The position numbers and the translations under genes are program-made. A stretch of DNA of 38,314 nucleotides from Catajapyx aquilonaris (lineage: Eukaryota): the NCBI GenBank assembly GCA_000934665.2, contig JYFJ02003733.1, positions 1 to 38,314 of the forward strand, read 5' to 3'. The notes under the pieces were generated by a model, which did not search any database, had not been told where the DNA came from, and saw only the letters and a list, made by a program, of their open reading frames with translations. Positions 1 through 12,943 of this stretch are shown piece by piece (position 1 is the first letter of the stretch; each line of letters begins with the position of its first letter).

Positions 1-93
1 CTCAAAGATGAATCTCGAATGTCCTAAATTTTCGACGTTATAGCAAAAAAAAGGGCGTTGGTCACAAAAAGAGCCCACGTCACCGTCCGAGGG
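1..93. mobile_element. Right end of a piggyBac-like non-autonomous element (left part outside window)
   Basis: Ends in ...CCGAGGG followed by TTAA (94-97); partner terminus not visible. Confidence 0.35.
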
Positions 94-192
94 TTAAATT
101 CACGTCATAAACAAAGTTGACAACACTTACGCCTTACACACAGTGCAGATGTGACTATACTCGAACAAGAATCGGACTAGCTAGTAAATAAA

Positions 193-454
193 TGGCTGGT
201 GTTTGGGGGGAGCCAAAGTAACACATTAAGGCTCTCTGTCATAGAAGAGGGTGAGAGGAAAAGAAAGGTTTCTGGAATGGGGGGGGGGGGGNGGGGGGGG
301 GGGGGAACAGGGAGAGCCCCGAGAAAATCAACGCGAACACGGAGGGAACGGAGCTACTGCCACATAAGAATCTTCTGTCCGACCAGAGGATCGAACACGA
401 GACCGCAGAGGTGAAAGGTTGTGACATAAGCCACTACACCACTGTTCCACTCTC
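193..454 (-). mobile_element. tRNA-derived SINE, family A (V-SINE-like domain), diverged copy
   Basis: Minus strand A box TGGTGTAGTGG, B box GTTCGATCC, body CCGTGTTCGCGTTGATTTTCTCGGGGCTCTCCC; candidate TSD gctagtaaataaa (180-192) / gctagcaaataaa (455-467); homologous to copies at 9448 and 10160. Confidence 0.8.
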
Positions 455-2808
455 GCTAGCAAATAAACATAGCCCTCGCCTCACTCCAAGAATGATCGTA
501 TAATAAATGTCCATCACCGAAATCGGTGACTTATTCTCTTCCGATTCTTTCGATATTTGCATATTTGATTGGGTTTCCCAAGAGCAATATTATCCACTTA
601 TAGGATGGCACCTCCGGGCGACGACAAAATAGTGCCTGCTAGTCCAATCATTTGCAATTCGTTCCTCGAAAGCTTTGGCGAGTTATAAATAAATAAATCC
701 ACGCCCGTCTGCATGCCGAGTGCCAACTCAACGCGTCATCTCCTCTATACGTATATACGAAAGCAACGATTTCTCTTTGGCGCCAAGGTTGCGGGAAATT
801 ACATCAATTTTCATTACAGCAAATGTGGAAAGCAAGTGTGGCGGACGCAGGCAAAGTTTGAATAACTGAATGCATTTGCCAAATTGTATCACTCGACTAC
901 CAACTCTGGAATTTAAAGATAGATGCAGCAGCTCTCTAGACGTCTAGAGGAACCACGCCACTCACGCAGAATATTCAAGGGATTACCCATGCCATCTCTT
1001 GCAGAACCATAATCCTGATCAGTTTTTCATCATTCTCTGTGACAGCCTAACCTCCTTACATGCATATTGTGATTCGCGTTTCTAATATCATTGGTTCTGC
1101 ACATCCTGAGTGGCAGCTTGATACTCGAATACGAAGTTAGAATAGTACTATAGCATCAGCTTGGCCAAATCAAAACAGAGACTATTTCGTGCTGAATGCA
1201 ACATGTTGCAGGCACTTGTCCGTTTCTTTCCATATCATTGTGGTCGAAAAAACGGCAGCTTTAATGGTCCAACTTGAAACGGGAGGTGACGATGCCCACC
1301 TTCCACCCACTTCACCCTTCCTTCCCTCCTTCTTTCCCTCTCTCCTTCCCTCACCCATCCCAGCGCAGTGTTGCCCAGAAATGTGCATGCGCAAAGTTTC
1401 GGTGGTCCAAGAAGTCAATAATTTAACCAAGAAATTTCATGTAAGAACCTGGTTACTCACGCTGTTTAACTCGAACCTTTCTCACAGTCGTTTAGGTTAA
1501 TCCTCATTGCAAGTCACATGTACTTGTTTATCAGTGTTTTCACCAAGCATTCAATTTACAGCTAGTCAAATGGACGCTATATGCTAGACGCGAGCAACAT
1601 TCTCTCGCATTTTGCGTAATTACATTAATGGTGCTGATTACATCATTGTGGCGGAAATGACATCCAGACTGTAGAAAATATTCTGTCACTGAGGGTGATT
1701 AATTCGTGGCTTAGAGTCAGGCAATAAATTTCCTCATGCATGCACAGTCACTCCATGACTTCCATGCCCTCTTCGCACACCACTGCAGAAGTATAATGCA
1801 ATGCGAGTGATACTGTACCACTCACTCGTATTAACTAATTTCGTCACATGTACGCCAGCAGGTCATTTCATTCATCAGTGTACCTTTTCGTGTCTGCAAA
1901 GCAGGAAACATATTTCTCCGAAAGGATGCAGTTACATCTACAAGTACACTTTATGCTCCGTTACTAGCGTGTTTCATGCCAAAAGTGCCCAATTGTTTAC
2001 CTATCTGTACTGTAACCGGTTCGCTACCGGCATGGCAGTAACAACAATAATCTCAGTCGGATATGATGAGGTTGCCAAGATTGGGCAATCCAACAGGTAC
2101 AGTTTCTTTTGTTCGTGTGAATGCATCACTATAGAAATCAATACAACCAGTTGAACATAAATGGATCGTTTATAGCGCCTCTTTTGACTAAGCCTATTCA
2201 TTCTTTGCACAGCCATTGTCAGATAAGCTGTTGTTGCTATTAATCAGACTATGCACAATTTTCGGACCTCTATGCTTCACATGGTTCATTATAATATTAC
2301 CTGCAAGATAATTTCTTCAACCTCTGAAAAAAACGGCAGTTAAGCCAAGAAAGTCAAATAGCCGGTGAATTCACACCGGTCTTTTAAAAAGTGTTGTGTA
2401 TAATCGCAGGATCATTAAGGTGTGGCCCACGCCCTGCGTCAAACGTACCCGCATCGCTCTGTAACATAACCCATCCTATTTGGCAAAATGGAAGGAAAAT
2501 GAGTTGGCCATCCCGCGCCCTTTAGAGCAAACAAGAGCGAAAAAAAGAAACCTTATACTCACATAGTAGTGGAAAGGTCAAATAGAGTGCGATCACCTTC
2601 CCCAGCCTACGAAGCCAGCACTCGAGTCGGAAAAGGCAGCGCACTAGTCACGTTAGAAGGCGACACGCGTAATTCAGATGGAGCTGTCTATGGAGCACAT
2701 CTAACTCGCACCACGCACTAGATTCGTCTCCGACTCGCCTGTCTCATCTCACGTTGCTTTTTAGTGTCTCCCCAAAACGCCATGGAGCAGACGCGGTGGC
2801 TTCGCCGG

Positions 2809-2822
2809 GCTGCCATGGCAAC
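2809..2822. promoter_or_regulatory. RFX X-box-like motif in CpG-rich region
   Basis: GCTGCCATGGCAAC, one mismatch from GTTGCCATGGCAAC; about 250 bp upstream (minus-strand sense) of a gtgagta donor at 2562-2556. Confidence 0.35.
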
Positions 2823-5800
2823 CGTGTACAGGGGATGAGCCCCCCCTACTCCCCCACACTTGCCCCCTACACCCCACCCCACACCCAAAAAAGTCCAGGG
2901 GGTGTTGTGATCAAAGAAATTCGGCTGAAACCCTCGGCAAATGGCCGCCACTCTAGCTAGGATTTTGGCGCTCCCAGCACAAATCCGGCACAGAGCACCA
3001 GCTATAGACGATTCCGAAGTTAACCGGCAGATCGCAATATCTTACGAATCTGTCAAAGATATGCGCGATACACCATAGCTCATTTCAAATTGCAAACTTG
3101 GAACAGTTTAATTCATTATTGTACAAATATGTCACACCACAAAGTCTGGCGGATTAACATCATCGAAGACATCATTACAGTCGTTCCTGGACAGCCTGTC
3201 AATGTATAAAACATACCGGTACCGCGAGTTTTAATGAACAGTTAAAGCGCGTTAGATGCTTCTCTAACAGAATAGCTTATAATTCTATGAGCGCCGGTAT
3301 GAGCCACACTCACATCAAGCAACTTTCGGTGTCGGATGGCAATCAATGCACACATATCGGTAAAATAACACTGGCATGTGAGGACATGCCAGCACTCAAA
3401 AGTGACAAAAGCGTGGCATGAGCTTGACACTTGACATACAAGGGTACTAGCAACCAACGGCTTACACTTCTCTCAAAAATCGTTAACATGAAGAGGTATA
3501 CACAAAATTGGACACTAACGCCCCAGTGGGGTATGAAGCATGCATATTTCAGCGATGTACAGGAAAACAACGTATAACGTGCCTACCGCTACATTATATC
3601 CGAACGTGAATTGATTGATGGATGTGCGAATTGACTCCGGTTTGAAAGAAGCAGGAATGGCGAAAGTATTTGAGTCGATCTACTCTGAATTGGAGCTGCT
3701 CAACGATCACTAGAAAAGCCACCTTCGATGGAATTCTTAGTGTTGATATTCAAATGCATTTGGCTTCTATACAGAGCACCTGCTTTCGATCTAGTTTAAG
3801 TTTTTTTTTAAATTTTCAGCAGACTATACTTATCCATAAATGTTTCGGTTTGAATACCTGTATGTTGACAACAGTAAGTGAATAAAACAACCGTTTTCAT
3901 CTATAAGAAAGGACTTGTTCTAGGATTGATTTGCCTATTTTTTATTGGCACTAGATCCCAATAATAATAGATGAAGACGAATAATTAGGTTTTTCCTATT
4001 TATTGTCTGACTTGTAAAAATCTGGCCTTGACAGTGGCGAGCTTAATTTTTCCCATTTTTGCAATGGCCACAGAAGAGATGCTGGGAAGCTTCCCGGATT
4101 TTAATTTTAATATTTATTGGTAGATGTCGAATATTATAGCTGCATAATGTTTACTAAAGCTGACGAAATTAATGAAATTAATGAATGTTATAATAATAAC
4201 TGCTGGTTTCGTATTTTGGCAACCACCTAATGGGGCATTTCAATGGTAAATCATGACTGTGCAAATGTCAATTTCGTTAATGTATTCGCGTTCAATTAAT
4301 AATATGCGGCTCTAAAAATTGAACGTCATCTACCATAGCAATAAAATTTACAATTACAATAATGAGAGGTTCCTAGTGCCTTTTCTGGTATGTTTAAAGC
4401 AAATAAAAAAATTGCGGCTTTCAAGTCAGATGTTCACACCTCAGAGGACAAATATGGAAAAAAAAACTTCATTTTTCAAATTAAATATTACCAGGAACAA
4501 ATTCCATTAATATTATCGTAGTATAATCAAAAACAATGGAGCCGATCCTTTCATCTGCCTAGTGAATATACGCATTTGTGGATTCCCTGTCGGTATCAAT
4601 TATTTTATCAATCATAACAGTGTCGTGTCAGACGAGACGCATATTTGAAGAGTGATATTAAACAGCGTCACAATTCGGTTTCAAGGATTGGCATATGTAA
4701 CAGGAGTAGATGATAAAATTTACTCGTAATTTCAAACCGATATCAGGAGACAATTTTCGCAATATCGATTTGCAAGAGAATGAGGCAAGTTGACAAAGTT
4801 CCGCGACACATGATGGGACAATGTGCAAGGTGAATGTCCGTTCGTTCACAGAGCAAAAAAACAACAACAACAACAACAACGTGGAGAAATCGCGAAATGA
4901 GCCAAACTAGTGTGGAACGTCACGCAGAGTGTGAAATTGGTGTCTGACGGGAGGGTGATCAACCCTATTAAACATCCATCAAGCGTTGACTTTCTTCTAT
5001 CAACAATTTCCAGCTCCCTCAGCAGCCCAACTGGGCATACCTATACGTTGGTGCTCTACTGAGTGTTATCAAATAAATTGAACATTTATTGTATGGAGCC
5101 GGATGTGTGGGTGGTACAGTGCGGTACATCTTGACCTTAATCGATAGTATAGATGTATAGTCAGTAGAAATCAGCCCCACACGAAGCTATCTCGCGCTAC
5201 AAAAGCAGAATCGCGAGCTATGCGAGACCCAGCAACTTATGAGGAAAACCTGAGCTCAAATCAAAGTCGAAATGCGGCCGGAGTAACGTGAAACCTGTAT
5301 ATGGGAGCAGCATTCCCATTTTGTCATTCTGTCTGACGACTATCGAAGGATACATTCCAGAGACGCATGCACTTGCTTTCTTCTCTGCAGACAGGTCGTG
5401 CGAAAAAACAGATAAAAGTCGAGTCTGTTTATCTGACCACTCTCAGCTCAGCTGATCGCAATCAAAGAATGCATTCATATACTCATCTATTCACGTGGCA
5501 ATACTTTTCCATGAAGAACATGGCCCTATAAGAGATGACCATTAATATTGAATAGTTCTGAATCCACCTACTAAGTTTTGAAAGCCTTGCGGCATTTGAA
5601 ATACCATAACTGACACACTCCAATCGAGTTTTAAGATGATAATTTTTATTATTAACTGCAATGATAAAATGTTAGAGTAGTAAGTATCCTTTTGTGCAGA
5701 AGAAAGTTTTATATCCACTAATGCCATTGTATCCTCTCTAATGCCTCCCAGAATTTCCAAGTAGGCAAATATAACCTCATGCCATAACAGCAGGCGGTTT

Positions 5801-7232
5801 AAATTGCACTGTAACAACACTCATTACAACTCGACGCAGGGTAAGAATAAGAAACATTTCTTAGCCAACACCAATAGTGAAAACTTGTATCGAATTTTTC
5901 TAGAGAGAGAATGTGGCGTTGTTGCTGCTGGCAATAAGATGGATCCTCATAGATGCAATCAATACTGCCATCCCGAACCTTGACTTTTCACTCTTAAAAT
6001 AAATGCGCAGGAATGGAACACCCCGCCTGGCTCAAGTAACTCCGCTGCACCCAAGCAATTACTTGATATGTTCTGGGCCTATCAAACACGGTCTTGAACG
6101 TGCTTTAACATCAGAATCTATTCACGAGTTGTTAAGATACCCTACCAGCCTACCTTTGTGTAGACACCCCATACAATACCCCACAATAATAATATATCAA
6201 TCAAGTGCAGCACAAACGCAATCGCCGACAACAATACGACGGAAACGGGGGGAAACAGGGAAGCCGATTGAATTCCCAATATCTATCCGAATATTGGCAT
6301 TGGAACGAGGAAAATGGGAAGCTCTGTACTCGATGAAGAAGAAATCGCAAGCTCAGGCAGAGAAAATCACAATCGACTGAGTATTGCCCTTAGGAAGAAA
6401 TGAGGCTACTAGGCGTTTCCGCCATTTGCTTCAAGTGACCTCAGAGATGCCAAGTAGATTGCAGCTCTCTAATGAGCTCTCTTCATTTCATTTTCATTTT
6501 CCACCGCAGGCGTCTCGCTAACTCTTTCGACCAGAGGCCACCTAATGCAATCGATATGCACCGTCACTTTGAAGGCCTCATCAATTCATACACTATGTCA
6601 TAATCAAACTAAGCGCATTAACACGAAATTAAGACTAAACTACTAACCATGTACGAGTGCAGAAATTACATCATTTCGGATATTTTGGCATTGAAATTGG
6701 GTGCATTAGGTGTGATCCAGTTACAATATTAATTCCAATAATTACTTTGCCTACTGCGCAGATTGCCCACAAAAGGCAGAACGTGTTTGACACTGCAGAA
6801 CGATCCTGGTAGTAAACACAAGTACATACACATAGTACATCATGTTAACATCACAGCAGGCTACACGTTTCGTTTAATGTATATCCGAGAGATATTTTTC
6901 CTAAAATATCCTGGTTATAGAATGAATCGCCAGTCCTAAACCGTTCTCTATATCGACTCACTCATCCATGGCGTTCCTGCACCGTGTGACAAAGAGGCGC
7001 TTTAATAATAATAATAAAGACCCTCCCTCGACACCATCATTACAAAATTACGGATATGTGACACGAGTGTGGATTTTGATAACTACTCCGTGCCCTTTTG
7101 TTATGGTAAGCTCATTTTCAGAGTATTTATCATATTATGAGTCGTACTGTAGGTCTACACTTGGAAGGGAAGCCACCGTATCCGATTTACTACAGCTGGG
7201 GTGCATACACGATGGTAAACCCGGAACAAGTA

Positions 7233-7474
7233 ATTTTAATCCTATATGAATAATACGGGATCAACTACATATTTGCCGCCTAAAACTGTTCCAGCATTTT
7301 CAAAATAGCAGAAATATTCCAAGTTGATTCCAATGTCTCGTAACGAGACATTTATTAAGTCCGACGAGCCCCAGGCCTATCAACTTGGAATATTTCTGCT
7401 ATTTTGAAAATGCTGGAACAGTTTTAGGCGGCAAATATGTAGTTGATCCCGTATTATTCATATAGGATTAAAAT
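7233..7474. repeat. Perfect 96-bp inverted repeat with 50-bp spacer (young MITE/foldback of unassigned family)
   Basis: 7233-7328 is the exact reverse complement of 7379-7474; spacer holds a small hairpin aatgtctcgt-a-acgagacatt (7332-7352). Confidence 0.9.
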
Positions 7475-7919
7475 ATATAAATAAAAATATATAAATAAAA
7501 ATATATAAATAAAAAAATATATAACGAGACTCTCGTTATATATCATACAGTAACAGAGAAAATTCGCCAACCTGGAAAGCCATGATGTGCAGTTGAAGAT
7601 GCAACAGGCAACATCCAATACTACTGTAGCATGCATTCATCATCTCGTTCAGTTTTATTAAATAATTAAATTTATCGCATTACCTCGCACTTCTCCCGAC
7701 ACCATTGTTTCTGAATTTGCTTATTAACTACAGGAAGCTTGCAATAATGTAACCGCAAATGCTTTTAGCGGGAATGAATAGATTGCAGTTGTCGAATGAA
7801 ATTTTAAAAGATACAATAAATCGAGCTACCGTAGAACCGGGATAAACCATCACTCTGTTTTCCTTCCTTCCTTCCTAATATGGAAAAAAATGCACAATAA
7901 GAGCTACATACAGATTATA

Positions 7920-8608
7920 CACAATGGGGAAGTAGCCTTCATTTTGGAAACTGCATAATAAATTCGCCCACATTTTTTGGATTTTTTTTGGGCATATTCC
8001 GTTTCAAGATATCAGTTTCAGTTCCGGAGTAATTGGGGTTTTTATGTAGGCTACTGGTGACGTCACTGTTTCCCTAGAAAATGTTGACGTCACGCGAAGT
8101 GAAATGAACGCAAAAATGGTGTTATAGAACGCGCCCCGTCATTGTCGTAAAATGCTTCGCTGTTGTTAGCAACCGTCCCATTCCGTGAGCAAGATAGCGG
8201 CCGGAGCGCGTATTTATTCCAGGCCGCTCAAGTCGCTTTGTATGTGGCAGTGATGCCAACTGGTAGGAATTATCTGTCACCCGAATTCGGCACATTGAGG
8301 TCCCTTTTCTCCACCTCGATGGCCTACATCCGCCTTGCAAATGCTTTCCGTCGTATCCGCGGTTAATTCAAAGTCAAATTCCTCATATCTCGCAGTCAAC
8401 CAGGCATTTCAGTGCACCCTTTCGATTGGCACCACCCGGCTCCGCCGTTTTTCCCGCCAATTTTGAAGGCACTTTTAAATGTGCCGTAATTTATCCAGTA
8501 ATGTCATTTTGATGCAACAAAGTGATGGAATGTATGTTTACAGGCATGGGCTAGCTAGTTATGAACAAAAATCACAAATCCCAGACCAAGGCTAGTTCCC
8601 CATTGCTG
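7920..8608. mobile_element. Non-autonomous TIR element with CACAATG start (Transib-like terminus)
   Basis: Left CACAATGGGGAAGTAGCCTT (7920-7939) pairs with right AAGGCTAGTTCCCCATTG(C)TG (8588-8608); CpG-rich interior; no TSD recognisable. Confidence 0.5.
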
Positions 8609-9447
8609 GGAGTGGCGAAAACACAGGTTTATATATGGTATGGTTCCTACTTAGGGTTGATTTCCACTCTACTGGAACACTTGAAAACACCGTGACGCCT
8701 TGTTTACACCTTGACACCTCCCGAACAATGTTTTCGACACGGAGGCCCCAAGCCGCCAAGAATATAGCCCTGTCAACTAGCTCCCACACCCAAGTGGAGA
8801 GGTTGGCTAAGTGACTATAGACGGCAGCGATTATTGTTTTCAGCGTCTATAAGCAAATTAATTTCCGTCTGACAGGACACGTCTGAAGGATATATTCAGT
8901 TGGTAGGTGCTAACGCTGACGGGTGTTTTGGCTAGACTGATGCTAATGTCATCATGCTGGGAAATAGTGCCACGTCAAGATGAGTGTCTGGGGCTGCAAA
9001 ACCATCTTTTTATGCACGTCTCAATTCTTGTCATTCAAGCAGTCATTCAAAATCATAATTATGCATGTCATGCTTGACAAGTTTTGCGCACCAATTCATT
9101 ACACTACTGTATTCAAGATGCCCTGTAGTCGACCTAGCTCTCCAAAGCACATCCCACAAAGCCCATATAAATCGTTCCAACATATACATAATTATGCTCC
9201 GTGGAAGCCTGGAACACGTGAGTAGAACGTGATGGCCACTACAATTCTACAAATGACCTTCGAAATACAGTCTTGATAATTATCTCGTCATTTTCGCTGA
9301 TATACCTCTGTATAAATACAGTATTCATGCACACAATTGCAGTGAACTATTGGAAGACTAGTGCCCTCTATTTGCTACACTCTAGTCGGCTACCGGTAGC
9401 CAACGTATTCGTAACTTAGATAATTATGACAAATACCAAGGGCCGAT

Positions 9448-9639
9448 GGCGACACGGTGGCGGAGTGGTTAGCGCCGCAACCTTCCACCTCTTAGGTCCC
9501 GAGTTCGATCCCCGAATCGGACAGATGATACTTATGTGGATAGAGCTTCGATGGGTTCTCTCCGTGTTCGCGTGAGTTTTCTCGGGGTTCTCCCAATTTC
9601 TCCTAATATCAAAATCCATCACAGCAAAGGCAATGATTA
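9448..9639 (+). mobile_element. tRNA-derived SINE, family A (V-SINE-like), 3'-truncated
   Basis: A box TGGCGGAGTGG, B box GAGTTCGATCC, V-domain-like GTTCTCTCCGTGTTCGCGTGAGTTTTCTCGGGGTTCTCCC; similarity to the 10160 copy stops at aatgatta, followed by a short family-B-like head fragment (9640-9670). Confidence 0.85.
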
Positions 9640-10159
9640 GGGAGGCATGGTGGTCTGGTGGTTACGCCACTGGGCAGAAGTGCACTATGCACCAATTTGT
9701 GCCCCCCCCCCCCTCCCACACCACCCCCATTTTTCTCGCCCAATTCATGACCGCCTATGGAAGATGTTAAATAACAAGAATTCAAAACATGTAGCATAGT
9801 AATAACCACTTTGGCAGCACTTCCTATCCTTATTTAACAACCTGTAGTGAGGTGAAGGCCAGTGTTGAGTTGGTTCTCAATAGATAAATAAGAGTGTCAA
9901 GTGCTGCATAGCCACAGTGTAATATGGGGTGAAAAGTGCCAATATCTTTAAGAGCAGAGTTTCGTTACGAAATTTTTTACACGTTTATTTTAAAATAGGG
10001 ACACAGTTTGAAGGTTACAATTAGTAATTGAAGATGTCCTTTTCCTCTTGTGAATGTTTGTTATAATAGTACCGATGCATTTAAACTTTAAAGAGTTAGT
10101 GTCGGTGTCAGAAATTGGGGGCTGAAATCTGTCATTTTCCACTTGATGACACCCTTATA

Positions 10160-10424
10160 TAATATAATATAATATAATGGATACCCCGTGTAGGCCCCTT
10201 GGGCCTCTTAGGGGATCATCTTTTGAAAACCCGACTTTAATCATTTGCCTGAAATGTGATGGATTTTGATAGTGGGAGGAAACGGGAGAACCCCGAGAAA
10301 ACCCACGCGAACACGGAGAGAACCCATCGAAACTCTATCCACATAAGAATCCTCCGTCCGACCCGGGGATCGAACTCGGGACCTTAGAGGTGGAAGGCTG
10401 CGGCGCTATAACCACTCGGCCATC
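10160..10424 (-). mobile_element. tRNA-derived SINE, family A (V-SINE-like), copy with intact 3' tail and TSD
   Basis: A box TGGCCGAGTGG, B box GAGTTCGATCC, V-domain-like GTGGGTTTTCTCGGGGTTCTCCCGTTTCCTCCCAC, (TTATA)n tail, perfect 15-bp TSD gatgacacccttata at 10145-10159 and 10425-10439. Confidence 0.92.
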
Positions 10425-10700
10425 GATGACACCCTTATAGAAAGAGTGTTTATTTGCATTCGAATTGTTACATTTACGTAGTTTTATGATTATGAAAAGG
10501 ACCTAAACGGAACATCGATGAATAGCCTTTTCAGTCGTTTACGATGATCGGATCCAATTAATGACACCCTCTGTCATAAACAAGATGTTAAGCTGTCAGG
10601 ATTCGGTATTTCATGCGTTTTCGAGACACACTGACATTTTTTGGACTTTTATTTCTAACTTAGCTTTTTGCCGATGCACCGTGCAATGTACCATACAATA

Positions 10701-10844
10701 CTATTGGGTTCAAATACTTTTGGCCACTTTATCCTGGTCTTGAAGCAACCCTTCGCACAGACCCTACGTTAAGGAGGTGTGTGTGTGCGCGAAGGGTTGC
10801 TTCAAGACCAGGATAAAGTGGCCAAAAGTATTTGAACCCGATAG
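10701..10844. mobile_element. Tc1/mariner-type palindromic MITE (144 bp)
   Basis: About 56-bp near-perfect TIRs CTAT(T/C)GGGTTCAAATACTTTTGGCCAC..., TA on both sides (10699-10700, 10845-10846). Confidence 0.88.
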
Positions 10845-12319
10845 TACAGTACATACTCTTCAGAAAGAGGCATAAAATCATCGGTGATAGAGTGAGCCAG
10901 ACTCGGACAAAATCCAGAACCGCCATCATACCGGAAAAACATGTTTTCACAATAAAAATAAAAATTTAAAAAATCAGAAATAGGTGTCATAAAATGGGGT
11001 GAAGGTGTCACAAAAGGATCAAGATGCTACATGATAGCAAAATTCACTTTGTGCTGCATTCAGTATACATTAAGGTAAGTAAAACACAGTTTCAAGTAGA
11101 GCACGAAATGGACTATCCAGACAACATGGCTGTAACATTATTATTATTTTTCTTTAGGCTGTTATGTGCAGAACCTAAAATATCAATTGGTAGGTTTACC
11201 TATATGCCCTTTAGATGAATTCCCAGGTTTCTAAGAACGTTCCATCAGTACGGGAATATTGGTGCGCAGATTGAAATACTTTCTACCTCTGTGTAGGTCG
11301 CAACAGTGAACCCAATCCATAAGTGATTTTTACGTTTGCTCCTAAATGAGAGCACTTCGAATGGACATCAGAGCCTGGATTCATCAACAGGAGTTCGAGA
11401 TGCCCCAGAGCAAGTCATATAGCCATATTATTCCACTTACCCTCTAGTTACTCCTGCCCTGTTGTAACCCATTTTCAATATTATAATTATGTGCCAATGG
11501 CGCCAAAGTAATTGAACCAGCAAGTTGCTCCAGTGTAACAACTTAGCCTAGTTAAAAACTGTACATTTGCTTCCTCTGTGATGTGCCCATACAAACTGAC
11601 TCACTAGTATGCGGGTATTATCGGATATAGTCCCCTTTGAAAGCCCCCTCTTTTCCCGGCATATAATAATTTGCGTTCAGACCACTAGCCTGCAGTATGG
11701 TTTAAAAAAGTTCTCAAGTAAGGAATTCTCAATATTATTCTCACTTGAGTCTCATTCTGCCTCGTCATTGTTCAAAGCGCATGGAATAACAACACACAGA
11801 ATGATACACTGCATAAGTTGGCACTTGAAAGAGTGGGGCAAAGTCAAATGTGATAGATTATATTATTCACTTCAAGGGGGAGGGGGTGGGGGTGGGGGCC
11901 ATACTCATTCCGGTTCCGCATATACCCATCAGGATATACCAATGGGAATGTGCATGAGTAAAGACTAATGCAACACGTTTTACCGTGCCCCATGGTTTGA
12001 TTGTTCGATATCAACTCTTCGATATTACCCTTCATGCTTCATTATCACTGGGTACAGAGTAGCTACTATACGGTGACTTTGAAAGATCCAAAATAATGCA
12101 AGCCTAGCAACATTGTATAATGTATAGCATATAATTTTAGGAAAACGTGGCAATATACATTTTTGAGGATCAGATCCTATTCAGTAGGAAGATGAGTAGG
12201 TCAATGAGAGGATAGGAGGATCAGTGGAAGGATCACTGATCATGAGTATCTGATGTTACAATAATCTTCCAATGCCAGGCCCCCTTGAAAGGGCTCGGAA
12301 CTTTTCAAGAGATGCTATA

Positions 12320-12765
12320 CAGGGTGTGGATGACGATTCAGACAAACTTCTGGAGCAAACGCCTACGCTCCAGACTTCCAGAGGATTACTTTTTTCGAAG
12401 TGTCACTTGGTCTCTGCAGCTTCTTTACCGAGATAATGAGCTTCAAACGAAAGGTATCAAATATCCTGGCATATGCGTCCCTCCGCGCGACCTTGCCTTT
12501 TCCATTTTTAACGAGGTGTTACTATGAAAGTTTAATTTAAACAGAGACCTCATTAAGTTCATCTGACATCCGCCAAGGCGATGAAAGTATTACGGGCGGT
12601 ATCCACAACAAAAGGAATGGCACTACAATGTACGCTCTCATTAAAGCTAATTATCTCAGTAACGAGAGTGCGGAGACCAAATGGCACTTATACATAAAGA
12701 GTGAGATACTCTGGTGAACAGAAATTCATCCTAGAAGTTTGTCTGAATCATTATGAAAGGCCCTG
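12320..12765. mobile_element. Tc1/mariner-type MITE with CAGGG termini and long imperfect TIRs
   Basis: TA-CAGGGTG...GATTCAGACAAACTTCT pairs with AGAAGTTTGTCTGAATC...CCCTG-TA; subterminal inverted similarity extends about 110 bp. Confidence 0.8.
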
Positions 12766-12838
12766 TATAGCTGCCTGACGGTTCTAGAACCTTATAATAT
12801 CACACTGGAGCACTAAATATACTAGCTATCGGACCTAC

Positions 12839-12943
12839 TTATTTATTCCTTGAGGGGATTTCTGTCTGCAGATCAGCCTTTAACATAGCCCACTCTAGCC
12901 ATCACAGGCAGTCTCTTTCAGGGGCCTCCCACCCTGTACTGCC
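12839..12943 (-). other. Candidate non-coding (5'UTR or lncRNA) exon, 105 bp
   Basis: Strong acceptor tgttttttttcttgtgttcag| and donor AA|gtaggt; stops in all three frames. Confidence 0.35.

Noticed and set aside
934..949. 16-bp palindrome CTCTAGACGTCTAGAG
   Set aside because: Too short and isolated to assign; may be chance or an excision footprint.
6003..6380. 125-aa ORF and other 60-140-aa ORFs in 1-12 kb
   Set aside because: No recognisable domains or supporting splice structure; lengths compatible with chance.
9448..9520. tRNA gene
   Set aside because: A and B boxes continue into a shared non-tRNA body found in several copies with TSDs, so these are SINE heads, not tRNA genes.
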